Assembly (NCBI RefSeq): GCF_006345805.1
Contig: NC_043003.1
Span: forward strand, 83,266,001-83,330,000
Length of the DNA: 64,000 nt
Reading direction: 5' to 3'
From: Octopus sinensis
Taxonomy: Eukaryota
In this document: piece after piece, positions 38,363 to 51,470 of the stretch
How positions within the stretch are numbered: the stretch's first letter is position 1
How the letters are laid out: each line of letters opens with the position of its first letter
The notes under the pieces: model-generated
Database searches by the model: none
Seen by the model: the letters and a program-made list of their open reading frames with translations, nothing else
What the model was told of the DNA's origin: nothing
Made by a program: the position numbers and the translations under genes

Positions 38363-38699
38363 TATCACAGGGGACCAAAGCATTGTTGTTTGTTTTAATA
38401 ACGGCATTTGCTGCTATTTCAACTAGAGGAAATCTGTTGTTAGCAACACCCTCTGGTAATATAGCTTATAATGAGGAAAGAATACGCTGCTTTAATTTTT
38501 GATGCCGTTATTCCACAACGTCAGTCGTAGGTTATATTTAGGTTTTGGTGGAGCAGAACTAAGGCTTGAAAGTAGACGTCAAATCACTAAGTTCAATCCG
38601 GTGACTAATTTGAAATATATAATATGTTGCGATACTGCACACTCTGTTACAAGTGACTGAATATGGCGTTAAAATATTTTGTTGATTAGAATAGCGTAG

Positions 38700-41600
38700 G
38701 AAACTAACTAAGACCTTCGCATACCGAGATGTTTTTACAATTTGTTTATTTCTAGTTTCATTGCGTAGGTGATCGCTGGTTGTGGGCAGTTTTGTGTTTT
38801 TGATAGAGCAGTGCAGTATTTAGCGTATTTGCAGATGCTGCAAGTTTTTGTGTTAATGCATTAGGAAGCTCGTCAGTATGACATAATCCTTTATGGATCT
38901 AATAAATTGTTTGTACACTGGCTATTATTTCTTTATCTTGGTGTTGTACTCTTCGAATGTTCCAGTATCGTTTTGCTTTTCTTTCCTATGAATGTTGTAG
39001 CAAATACCTGATATTTTAGTCTCCTGTGCATGTGTGGCATATTTTTGCATATTTATGTTTATGAGTTCGATGTGATGGCTAGTTAAAATTGATTGCTTTT
39101 ATTTTTTTTTAATGTTGCTGGTAAGGAGACGGTAGATTTAATAAGAGATACTTTCCTTTATAGCTATGCTTATCGAATAGTGGGAGAAAGAAGCAGTGGA
39201 ATCCGCATATGAATTTGTGTGGTTGTTCTACGAGAATGTATTGTAGATATAAACAGTGAAAGAGACAAGATTATATATTTCTCAACACTCGCATCATTAC
39301 AGAAGATTTCTGTATTGTTGATATGGCCTTGAAAACATGGGTGGCAGTCCACACCGAACGGAGAATATTCTCGAAATATTTACTGATAATAATGACAACG
39401 GGAATGGTATTTGTCAGTCGCATTTTGGCCTTTTTATTTATTGTTTGAACTTTTCTGAATTTCTTATGTAAGGCTTGTGAATAGTTTAGTGGACTGTATC
39501 AATGCTACAGACCTACAAGATGGAAAGAGGAGTGTGTGGAGGTGAAAAGAAAAATGTGTGGAGTAGTGATACCGAGGATAGGTTTTATTACGATTTTGAT
39601 ATTGTTCATTGAAGATGAGTATATGCTATGCTGCGTTCCTTGTTCTTTTTTTTCTAGAATTCCAGATTCTAAGGACTTGGCATTGCTATTATAATTAATT
39701 TTTACAGTTTAGCCCCGGTTCAACAAAGTCTGACCATACATATGACTAAAGATAATCCATCAATGGCCTCCGTGTTTTTGAATACATGTAAAACTACTTC
39801 CTCCAATGTATCTTTTCCTTTTCTAAGACGGTGCTGAGTGATTCACCATAGATTTAGCTGCTACTTCAGTAGGTCGAGCTACCAGATACAAAATTCTACG
39901 TTCGAATGCACTATGAATAACTGAGGTTGCTGGTGGGTAATAATATTTTTGAATCCCAAGTGTTTCCCTTTCATCTTTATAGTTTTTTTAACGAATCTTT
40001 AAGATTTTAGATATTTTTTTCAGTATTTGAGAGAAAAAAGATGTCAAGATAAAGTATTAGATTAAAGGCGAGTATATTGTTCCTTACTCCGAAGTTTGTG
40101 ACGACTGAGTCTGGAAAAGTGTGATTGGAGTGTATGTTATTTGGTATATAGAATGTGTAAGGCGGCAAGCTGGCAGATTCGTTAGCACGCCGTGCGAAAT
40201 GCTTAGCAGTATTTCGTCTGGCGCTACGTTCTGAGTTCAAATTCCACCGAGGTTAACTTTGCCTTTCATCCTTTTGGGGTCGATTAAATAAGTACTAGTT
40301 ACGCACTGGAGTCGATATAATCGACTTAATCCGTTTGTCTGTCCTTGTTTGTCCCCTCTGTGTGTAGCCCCTTGTGGGTAGTAAAGAAATGGGTATTTCG
40401 TCTACCACTACGTTCTGAGTTCAAATTCCGCCGAGGTTAACTTTGCCTTTCATCCTTTTGGGGTCGATTAAATAAGTACTAGTTACGCACTGGAGTCGAT
40501 ATAATCGACTTAATCCGTTTGTCTGTCCTTGTTTGTCCTCTCTGTGTTTAGCCCCTTGTGGGTAGTAAAGAAATAGGTATTTCGTCTGCCGCTACGTTCT
40601 GAGTTCAAATTCCGCCGAGGTCGACTTTGCCTTTCATCCTTTCTGGGTTGATTAAATAGGTACCACTTACGCACTGGGGTCAATGTAATCGACTTAGTCC
40701 CTTTGTCTGTCCTTGTTTGTCCCCTCTATGTTTAGCCCCTTGTGGGCAATAAAGAATTGAGTATAGAATGTGTTACAGTCTTTGATACAACAAATAACTC
40801 TCTCAAGTGTTTTACTGCTTGTTTTGTCGTTTATGTTGGAGACAAATATTCTTCTTTTCTTGTTTTCTGCTTTAGTTTATTTCTTGTAATTCGTTTAGTA
40901 GCTTCATATTGAGGTTTATTTCTTTCGTGTACGATGTTGAAGATATGCCTTTGAAATTGTCTCAAAGTGTTATCCAAGTGAACTATTTCCTTTGTATACT
41001 AAGTATTTTAGTTTTACGTTGTCTCATGGGACACAGCTTTTGGGAGCGTCTTTAATTGTTTACGAGTATGTATGGACGACAATAATATCCGTATTGGCGA
41101 TTATGGTGTTTTTGTGGACTTCAACGAAGTCAAAAGAACTTAGTGGTTGCTTGCAAGTTAGACATACAACGCTAGAAGTGTGAAGCAGAACATGATTTAT
41201 GGATAAGAATTGATTCAATGCTATATATGTAGCCATGTGTTGACATAAGTTGTTTTAGGGAATGTAGAATTTTGCATGATTACCCATGTGGCTTTTTATG
41301 TTATCTATACTGCTTTAACTTTTTTACCCACAAGATATAACATACATTGAAATCACTATCTCAATTTTCGAGAGAAAAGGTTTGAGAATGTGTTAAAGTT
41401 TTATTGTTTAGGATGTGTAGCCTATAGAAACGGTTGATGCTGTTTGGTGACTGCACACATATATGTTATGTTAATGTGTTTCTGCTGCTGGTTTCTATTT
41501 TGAATGCTGCCGTGTTCACTGACTTTTCATGCTCTATTAATGTTCGCGTATCCTAGATGTAGTCGTTGTTGCTATTGCTAATTTCTAGCATTAAAGCTGT

Positions 41601-41700
41601 TATGGGTACATTGAACTGATGTTTTAACAATCTGTTAAATTCTGTCACGTATTTCTGACCAATAAGAGAACTTGAAATCAGTGCTGCAATATAATGCTAC
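38700..41700 (-). mobile_element. Highly decayed APE-RT LINE (possibly L1/Tx1-like), interrupted by SINEs
   Basis: Only weak motif echoes on the minus strand: DSDFNV (GDFN-like, ~41365) and NSYADSTASF (YADD-like, ~39200). Boundaries approximate. Confidence 0.3.
40159..40761 (+). mobile_element. SINE concatemer: one head plus three tandem 184 bp body units
   Basis: GTATTTCGTCT recurs at 40209, 40393 and 40577; the whole array is flanked by the 12 bp TSD TATAGAATGTGT (40147-40158, 40762-40773). Confidence 0.93.
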
Positions 41701-41896
41701 ATTTACAACATTTAAAGTTGTCGAAATATTGCACACTCCCCTATTTTCAATCGCTCACCTAAACCTATCTCCAGTATTTCCTGGGCTTTTCCCTATTTAC
41801 CGCAGTTTAGCAAAAGCCTATTGGTCCTACTCACCGTGGTTGGACTATAATTATTTTCTCTATTTCCATAGTTTAACTGAGCCTATCTATCTCTTT

Positions 41897-42171
41897 GGAG
41901 GCACATAGCCCAGTGGTTAGAGCAGCGGACTCGCGGTTGAGGGATCTCGGGTTCGAATCTCAGACCGGGCGATGTGTGTGTTTATGAGCGAAACACCTAA
42001 GCTTCACGCGGCTCCGGTAGAAGGTAATGGCGAACTTCTGCTGACTCTTTCGCCACAACTTTCTCTCACTCTTTCCTCATGCATCTTGCAGCTCACCTGC
42101 GACGGACCGGCGCCAAGGAAACGGGGAAAACCGGCCCTAATGAGCCAAGCGTGGCTCGAGAAGGAACAAAC
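41897..42171 (+). mobile_element. tRNA-derived SINE with 12 bp target-site duplication
   Basis: Same family as 1408; flanked by ATCTATCTCTTT at 41885-41896 and 42172-42183. Confidence 0.9.
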
Positions 42172-42922
42172 ATCTATCTCTTTAATTGATTCGACTAAAC
42201 AGCCATGGGCAAACGTTTTCCGGAAGCGGTCCGCATGTGAAATGAGTCATCATTAAACAGGCCACCCCACTTAAAATGAGAACTAAATGCAGTTTTTTGT
42301 TAAGTGTACCATTCAGAAGGTTCTACAAACCGATCTCCAATATTTACAGTTGCTACGCTGTCCCAACCTACTTATCTTTCAGCTTATCTGTCTCCTCTAT
42401 TTACTGTGGCTGAAATAAACTTATCTCCCCTATTCATAGTGGTTGCGCTCTTACTTATCTGCACTGGTTGAGCTCTTCTTTATCTATTATGTTGAGATAC
42501 CCCTTTCATTCCTATTTACAGTGATTCTTGCCTCCTTCTTTTACAATGGTTAACCTATACATATCACTATTATCTGCAGTAGTCCATCAATCATCATAAT
42601 GCCCATTTACACTTTAAAAAACTCAGGTACATCTTTATGTGATTTACATGTTTTCTCTTTGTTGTTATAAATCCACAGAGAGTTCACAATATATCTGCAT
42701 TTCTTCAACACAAAAGATGTTTGAGTGTTCTTTCTCTTTCCTAAATTAATATTCACTACAGCCAAACACATTGGAAACATTTATATGCATGCTTTCCTTC
42801 ATACGGCAAATCAGAAAAATCGGTAGGGCACCAGGCAAAACGCCTTGCAATATTCATTCTGTCTATGTATATTAAGATTCAAATTCGGCCGAGGGTTAAC
42901 TTTTGCCTTTTATACTTTTGAG

Positions 42923-43035
<113 letters not shown>

Positions 43036-43419
43036 GTGTACCTATAATTCAAAAGCCCAGGCCTGTCGCATTCAGCATGAGAATTACATTAAGATTTCTC
43101 GTATACGTGCAGCACTCAAATGCTTGCAAGTTATTTTAACATAGGTATTCAACTAGTCGTACAACATGCTCATGATGGAGGTCAAGACAACTGTATCTTC
43201 TCCATGAAAATATAGATATTATAAATAAAATCTTGCACTCTTTACACAATTTCTTTAGGTAATTTATGCTGTAACAACTCTTGCATATTGTATCTTAGTT
43301 TTCGTTTCTCTCTCTCGCTCCCTCCCTCTCTTTCTCTCTCCCTCTCTCCCCCTCCATTTATCTCTCTCTCTCTCTCTCTCACTCACTCTCTTCCTCTTCT
43401 ATATTAAAGATCTACTTAC

Positions 43420-43465
43420 CGTCACCAGTAACAACCTCCGCTTCCATGCAGGTGATATCACTCAT
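43420..43465 (-). CDS. Putative first coding exon of an uncharacterised minus-strand gene (MSDITCMEAEVVTGD, phase-1 end)
   Basis: ATG at 43465 with an in-frame TGA just upstream; canonical donor ACG|GTAAGT at 43419-43414. Upstream on the minus strand: TACTAAC branch-point match (43548-43542), pyrimidine tract and an AG at 43528-43527 (atypical GAG context), implying a short 5'UTR part. Phase matches the 24775 exon. Confidence 0.5.
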
Positions 43466-44077
43466 ATTTCCTCCTCAAGTGTCAATCACATTCAACTTAG
43501 AACTTCATAACACACATGTGCACGAACTCCAATGAAAGAAAGTTAGTAAAAAAAAAAATTGCTATGATGACATAGTACTTTGATCTCTTTCGACATTACA
43601 AAAGTACAATTAGTGTTCCTATCATAAAAATATTTTTGTACATCTTTTCAAGCATTGAATAACATGCATTTGAAGTCTTCTTAGACGATTCGCATAAGAG
43701 ACATATGTTCTAAACTTATTAGTTTTGAAGAGCCTGAAAAAAATTTGCACTTTTCTGATGACTAAACCGTAAAAATAGAATATCTGCAGTTATTTTTTAT
43801 ACTTTTTTCATTTGTTTCTAACTGAAATACACTCAAACGTTTTGCGCAATATTTTTTCCAAACTTTCAGCCTCTCAAAGAAAACAGTCTATGAATCAAAT
43901 AAACGGCTTTTGATAATTTTTTTCAAATAGATTTGTAGTGATTTTTTTTTACACAAATTATCAAAATTTTAGTGATTAATAACGTTGTTGACAGATATAA
44001 TGGTATTACTAGAATATGATGTCGGTTAAAATTCAACTATTTGAGGAATTGGCAATAATTTTGTACGTAATTACATA

Positions 44078-44484
44078 TACTCTTTTACTCTCTTTTACTT
44101 GTTTCAGTCATTTGACTGTGGCCATGCTGGAGCACCGCCTTTAATCGAGCAACTCGACCCCGGGACTTATTCTTTTTGTAAGCCCAGTACTTATTCTATC
44201 GGTCTCTTTTGCCGAACCGCTAAGTAACGGGGACACACCAGCATCGGTTGTCAAGCAATGTTAGGGAGACAAACACAGACACACAAACAAACACACATAC
44301 ATATATATATATACATATATACGACAGGCTTCTTTCAGTTTCCGTCTACCAAATCCACTCACAAGGCATTGGTCGGCCCGGGGCTATAGCAGAAGACACT
44401 TGCCCAAGATGCCACGCAGTTTGACTGAACCCGGAACCATGTGGTTGGTTAGCAAGCTACTTACCACACAGCCACTCCTGCGCC
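44078..44484 (-). mobile_element. Full-length tRNA-derived CORE-type SINE (possibly the octopus OR2 family)
   Basis: Minus strand: GGCGCAGGAGTGGCTGTGTGGTAAG, GGTTCAGTC, CORE-like GGCATCTTGGGCAAGTGTCTTCT, internal TA/TG tract and tail AGTAAAAGAG. The family name is from recall and not verified. Confidence 0.88.
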
Positions 44485-45459
44485 TATAGGCATAAAAATT
44501 ATTTTATTCTTTTACTGATTTCAGTTATCGAATATGGCCATGCTGGAGTTCTGACTTCTACACTAGTAATTATTGTATTAAATCTGCTGCGGTATTTATT
44601 TTATAGACTGGTAGTTTCCTTATCTTACCGACCTCAGGTTTAAACAACCTAGGCGTAATCTGAACTCAGAATGTAAAGAAGTGTGGCAAAATACCATAAA
44701 AGACTTTGTCCGACACTATCAATTCTTTCTTCTATGTAACTACCGAGAGTAAACGTTTTTTTTTAATAGTTTGACCTGGAGGAAGGGGCTATGGTGATAA
44801 GCTTTCCAGGCCCCACGAGACTTGTCAGATGCATGTAATTGATGTCATCCTCGAACGACTGTCGGTTGATGGTTATAAGAAAAACATGATTGTGAAGAAA
44901 TGTCATAGAACAAACATCTTTGAATGAAATTATTAACGTGGGTCAAGGTATGGATGCAGGTCAGTGACGAGAGTGGAATAATCGAGGAAGCTGGACAGCC
45001 CTTCGTGGAGGTTATTCGGGACTGCTCTCTTCAAAGAAAACAGAGGTCATAGCTGCGATAGAATAAGCTGACTGAAAAGTTTGTGTATCCGAAATTAGAG
45101 TGTATTTTAACATTTGACTATAACAGTAGAAAGCAAGAAAAATCTTATCGCCTTCCAAAAATGAAAATAGAATATTTAAAGTATTTTTAGCTGGATCCAA
45201 ACAAGTTTGTAATATTTCTATATCAAGCAATGTTATGGTTTTTGTGTGGCATGCAACTCAATTTTTAGATATTCATATGATTGTTCATTTATAAATCAAG
45301 CGTTTGAAAATGCCTGCAGTACATTAACGTACATTAAAATGCAACTTGTTGAATTTTGTTCTAATTTGCCTCAAACACATCTTTCACAAGATTTCAATAG
45401 TATTCATTAAACATACTGGGACTTCAGTTACCTTGTTAGCCTTGTTAACTGTTCTCCTT

Positions 45460-46130
45460 ATGAATACGTTTGCTCACACCACGTCTTTGCTCTTTGTAGA
45501 CCGTGATTTCTACAGAGTTCCCACTGGATCATTCTTGTCACATTGTCATGTCGTCATTTGTAATCGCGTTGTGCTAATTTCAAGCATTCGTTAACGATGA
45601 GCCATACCGTTTCACCCTTCCCATCACACATTCCCCATTTGTCATTCTCAGTAGTGTTGTTGATTCAGCACTTTACATAGTTAGTCCTTAACGCTTGTTC
45701 TTGTGTTGCGCATATAAGTGCTTCTGTTTCTATTTTCATATCAGTCCTCCTGATTCATAGCCAACGGTTTTCTGTATCTGTCTTGGCGTTCGTATTTCTT
45801 GCAAACTAACCTTACATTTTTCTCCTTCTATGCTGTTTCTTTTTTTGTTTTTCTTGCTTTACATAATTATCAATTTTGATGACCTGTTTCAACAATGAAC
45901 CCACGGTATTTTTACATACCACCCTAAGCTACTTTATTCTGCTTCGATGCAATCCTAGCAACTGATCAAACCTCTCCCACTCTTTCTTCTGGACAAGTAC
46001 AGTCTATCGGTGTCAGTCTTAGATTGGAGGGTTACGTGCATTGTCAATATTTTTCTTGTCTTTGTATTCATGTTCATCATTTCTTTCCTTTGCCAGTTTA
46101 TGATTCCAGTTCCTAGCTAGGGATTTTACT
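45460..46130 (-). mobile_element. RLE-type (R4/Dong/HERO-like) LINE relic: post-RT region and zinc knuckle
   Basis: Minus translation: NTKTRKILTMH..DTDRLYLSRRKSGRGLISC..TEALICATQEQALRTNYVK..MCDGKGETVWLIVNECLKLAQRDYK*RHDNVTRMIQWELCRNHGLQRAKTW, the conserved motifs of this group. Confidence 0.85.
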
Positions 46131-46740
46131 TTACCTAAATCCAAACCTGGATGGCGCTGACTGATGTAAAACCAATGTTATTAGGGGAGTGTAAATGATG
46201 AATTGACAGTCATAGAACATCTGATAGAATATGTTGTGATGTTTTTTTTTCAAATCTCTGTATTCTGAATTCAAAACTTGTAATGGTCACCTTTGCTTTT
46301 TATCTCCCGGAATCAATAAATAAAATATCAGTTCAGAGAATTAGATTGGCAGGATTATTAAAACTTGTAGTATCTGTTCCGGTGTTCAAATTCTGCCTTG
46401 AGATTCAAACTCCACGGGACCCACAGTTGATTGTAAAATCTATGTTGAGGAAAGTAATGTGGCCATCTTTTACAGTAATCAAACGACAATGATATATATG
46501 ATTAATTGCATAGATTACGGGATATTTACTGCTGCTAATTTGAAGGACCACAGAATAGTTGAAAGTATAGTTGTATTTAAAGTCAAAACATAAGGAAACG
46601 AAACTAAATACATTATAGAATTCAACTAAATACACTATGTGAGTTAATCCAATGTCCTACCAAATCAGCACATTTAATTATGTTTTGTTTTCATACACGT
46701 TGTCCTTCGGCAGACAGTTCCAATATATATTAAGTATTTA

Positions 46741-46948
46741 AGGCAGCGATCTAGCAGAGTCGTTAGCACGCTGGGCAAACTCTTTTAGCAACATTTTCTC
46801 CGTCCTTGCGTTCTGGATTCAAACTCCGGTGTGGTCAACTTTGCCTTTCATCCTTTCGAGGTCGAAAAATAAATGCCAGTCTAGCACTGGGCTCTAGCAC
46901 TGACCCACTCCCAAAATTGGTGGCCTTGCTCCATGATTTAAAACCAAT
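46741..46948 (+). mobile_element. Decayed GGCGGCGAG-type SINE
   Basis: GGCAGCGATCTAGCAGAGTCGTTAGCACG..TTCAAACTCC..AACTTTGCCTTTCATCCTTTCGAGGTCG. Confidence 0.8.
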
Positions 46949-46955
46949 GTGTATT

Positions 46956-49208
46956 AAGCGTTTGGTCATACGTCGAATTTATGTATTTAGAATGTTACCA
47001 TTCATGAAACCTATCATTTACACTTATTCTTGATAATGGCATCGTAAGTCCTTTTTGTGTAAGTAATTTGGTTTGAACTTGAAATTGTTTTGTTTCCACC
47101 ACCTCCATCTTACCAGTACATCCTGGTCAATCAAATGTATTGTTGAAGTTGTTCTCACCGTGAATATCCACTATGTTTTCAATGATATTGATTCCAAATT
47201 CTGGCACCTGCCAACAAGCTCGAAGGTCGGGTAAGTCGATTACATCGACCCCAGTCTTCAACTGGTCCTTATTTTATCGCCCACGGAAGGATGAAATACA
47301 AAGTCCACCTCTGCTGAACTTGAACTTAGAGCATAAAGACGGACGAAATGTACCTAAACATTTTGCCCAATGTGGTAAAGATTCTGCTGTTTCAGGTAGA
47401 TTATTGAAATTATATTTATTGTACGGTGCGTGCATTATTTTCTGAATACGGTTATAATTCTTTGTTTTTGACCGCGAGCAATGTTATGGTTATAATCGAT
47501 TGAACAGTTATCATTAGTGTTGTTCATTTTATCGACCCCAATACTTTCGAAATTAGGCCCAAGAGGAACAAATTCTAAATTATATACAGTATATAGAATG
47601 CTATTTTGCCGTTTATGTCAACTCATAACTGTCTATTATAATGAGTTCTTCTTATATTGGCACAAACCCAAAACATTTTTGAGGAGAGAATTCGATGGAC
47701 TAATGCGAACCCTAGGATGAAAGACAAAATATTTGTACATGTGGAAAAAATTGAATTCATAATGAATCGGAAAATAACTAAGCACTGCAAAAAACGTCCA
47801 ATCTTTCTCCCTTACACTGAAAAATATCTAATGAATTGTATTTACGTGATGTCGTAGAATTAAAAGAACCTAATATATTTTTGGTACCTATTTTATTAAC
47901 TCTTACCCGGGATTTAAACGCGGAATTAAACGAACTTCATTGAATGCTACAAAATACATTTCTCAACGTTCTGCGCTTTCTATCCACTCACTACTCTCAT
48001 TCAACTATGCTGCCCTCCAGTAAGTTGTAATAATGGTAATTTTGACTAAGTAGGTGGATACCTTATTTCAAGAAAGAGAAAAATGGTATGTGAGTCGTTC
48101 AATCCCCCCACCACCACTGGCGTATGTATCTTAATTAAACTGAATTTGTGTCAGTTAAAAATCGAACCTATCTGTGATATTTGCTTGCCAAGAGCTTAAA
48201 AATGCCTTAACGATGACCACTTGTAAATAATAGGTAATATTGACTTTTTTCGACACAAGGTCAGGAATTAGTAGAGAAAATGGGTAAGCCATTGAACCAA
48301 ATCTTCAAACACTTAGTTTAGAGAATTAAAAAGACTAAGGGCAAAAATTAACCCTCACCTTGGTCAGACAAATTGCCATTATTACTTTTCTATCGCAGTA
48401 AATTGTTCAATCTTGTAACAGCGATTTTATAATATTGTTATATTGTGCAGTCATGGAAGCAATAATATGATACTAGAAACTTCACATAAAATTAACAATT
48501 TAACATTTCCAAGTCTGATTAATATTTATCCACATTTTGATTCACTACTTTGAAAAGTACTGTAAACCTTTTCTCAAACTTGTTTTAAGGAGAGATAGAA
48601 GGGATTATTTCCAGTGGCAATATTTACCTGTATTCTTAGTCTGAAAAAGAAAAAGTTCTATAAGTAGTATTCATAGATATTTCAGGCTTTATTAGATGAT
48701 AGTTTTGTGAGATTGAAAAGTGTTTGGTCATACGTCGAATTTATGTATTTAGAATGTTACCATTCATGAAACCTATTCTTTATACGTTTTATTTTCGATA
48801 AGGGCACCGTAAGTACTTTTTGTGTAAATAATTTGGTTTGAACTTGAAATTGTTTTGTTTCCACCACCTCCCTCTTACCAGTACATCCTGGTCAATCAAA
48901 TGTATTGTTGAAGTTGTTCTCACCGTGAATATCCACTCTGTTTTTAATAATATTGATTGCAAATTCTGGCACCTGCCAGCAAGCTCGAAGGCGGGGTAAG
49001 TCGATTACATCGACCCCAGTCTTCAACAGGTACTTATTTTATCGCCAACGGAAGGATGAAACACAAAGTCGACCTCTGCGGAACTTGAACTTAGAGCATA
49101 AAGACAGACGAAAAATATCTAAGCATTTTGTCCAATGTGGTAACGATTCTACTATTTCAGGCAGATCATTGAAATTATATTTATTGTACGGTGTGTGCAT
49201 TATTTTCT
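46956..49208 (+). repeat. Local direct duplication of ~490 bp (46956-47443 and 48718-49208)
   Basis: Two collinear copies, roughly 90% identical by eye, each containing the same minus-strand SINE plus unique flanks; paralogous ORFs 47173-47445 and 48953-49318 in the supplied track. Confidence 0.92.
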
Positions 49209-50039
49209 CTTTTGAAGAAACGAAAGTGAATTGTTTAGCAGTAGGATCAGAAATCGACATGGAATTTCCAGATGAGGATAATGGTGAAGTGAAAGGGCAA
49301 CAAAACGGCTTTGGATGAAACACTAAGATTAAAGAAGAAAAGTGATTTATGCATCCATCTCTATATCATCATTCTGTCAGATTTTCTGGTACTGAAAACA
49401 CCTCTGTACTTCAGAGCATTTCTGCCTTTATTCTAATCCCATTGGATAGATCCACTCTTATTAAATCTCACGAAATTATAATCTAATGAAGCCAGCAATA
49501 TCTATCGATACTACTAACAAGGTTTTTACTTTCACTAACCAGATTATATAACAAATGAAAGTGAAGATCTTTAGATACATCTTGTCACTGAAACGAAGAA
49601 ATGGAAGCTAGTGCTCTCTCCCTCTCTTTCCTCTCTCTTTCTTTCTCTCAGTATTTTATTTCCAAATACTGAAAAGAAAATTCTGTTATGGTTCAAATGC
49701 TATGATCTCTAAATACCTTGGTTGAAATTAACAAATGTTTGTGACTGGAATGAGGCAAAAGAGAATTCAAAGACGCGGTGTTTGTTGACCAGATTACTAA
49801 TAATATTTATTTCTAACATAGGTACAGATACAACTGTCACATTATAGCAATCACTCTAGTTGACTGATGTTTTATTTTGTCGACTACGATGGCAAAGCGT
49901 ACTCAGATTGAAAGACACATAACTACACACTGAAATGCACACCAGCTCTGTCTCTCTATAATGATTCTACCATTAACTCCCATCTTATTGATAATTACAT
50001 TATGGATTTCTAATATAGATATGGGGACGAAAATTAAAA

Positions 50040-51470
50040 CACAGTCGATTTACTTTACAGGAAGATCTGACAGGTATTTAATCAACTCCGAAAAATGTGA
50101 AAGAAAAAGTGAACCATGACGGCAATTTGACTTGAGATGTAAAAGGAATTAACAAAATAACGTAAGCGATTTTATCACACACATTCGCACACACGCGCGC
50201 ACATACATCATATTAACAATGGTTCCTACCGGAAGCAGAGGACAAGGAATTTAGAGTGGGGGTTATGTCTATTTCATCAACTCAACTGCAGTTCGCTACT
50301 GGTACTTATTTTATTAACCGCGAAAGGGTTAAGGACAGTGTCGACCTCTGATTCCAAATTCTGTCGACATCAACTTTGCTTTCCATCCTTTCGGGGTCAA
50401 TAAAATAAGTACCAGTTGAGCACTGTGATCGACTTAAACACTCACCCGAAATTTAGACGTAATGCTATAAGCATGATGTCGACCACGGCAGAACTGGAAC
50501 GCACAGCTGAAAGACGAAAGAAAAGCCGCCAGGCATTGTGACTGACGTGCAAACGATTCTGCCTGCTCCCTGTCTTTCCAACATTCTAATAATAATATTT
50601 GTTTTAAATCTTGGGACATGGCCAGCAATTTCGGGGAGATGATAATTCGATGTGATCGATCCAAGCGGTAGTTATTTTATCAATCCTGAAAGGATGAAAG
50701 GCTAAGTCGACCTCAGCGGAATTTGAATTGAGAACGTAAAGAATAAAATGCTGCTAAGCAGTTTACCCGTAATGCTAACGATTCTGCCAGCACGCCGACC
50801 TTTTCAAATTTTTGGAACAGGGCTAGCAGCGCTTGAGAGGTGGGGAATTTTGATTGCATAGACTCCAATACTTGTCTCGTACCTATTTTATCGACTCCGA
50901 TAGGATTAAAGGCAAAGTTGACTTCAGCGGAATTTGAATCGAGAATGTAAAGACAGACGAAATGCTGCTGGGCACTTTACGCAGCGTGCTAACGATTCTG
51001 TCAGCCCATAGCCTTAACCAATGATAATATTGGATTCTAATTTTAGCGCAACTCCAGTAGTTTTCGGAGAAGGGGCTCAGTCGATGACATCGACCTCAGT
51101 GCTCGACTGGTATTTATTTTATCAACGGATGAAAAGATGAAATGCAAAGTCGACTTCGGTGGAATCTGAACTCGGAATGGGAATACAGATGAAATGCCGC
51201 TAAGCATTTTGGCCGGCGTTTTAAAGACATTGCCAGCTCACCACCTTTCCAGTTTAATTCAAGTAATAATAATATTGGTTTCAAATTTTGGCATAAGGCC
51301 AGTAGTTCTTGAGAGGGGAAGGTCAATTACTGTTACTTATTTTATCAACCACGTAAGGATAAAAAGCAAAGTTGACCTCAGCGGAATCTGAACTCAGAAC
51401 GTAAGAACGGACGAAATGCCGCTAAGTATTTTGCCTGGCGTCCTAACTTTTCTACTAGCTTGCCACCATT
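50040..51470 (-). mobile_element. Cluster of about 6 decayed GGCGGCGAG-type SINE copies, mostly minus strand
   Basis: Repeated AAAGTCGACCTC.GCGGAATTTGAA..GACGAAATGC.GCTAAGCA..GCTAACGATTCTGCC blocks near 50560, 50780, 51000, 51230 and 51450; one plus-strand body at ~50350-50430. Confidence 0.85.
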
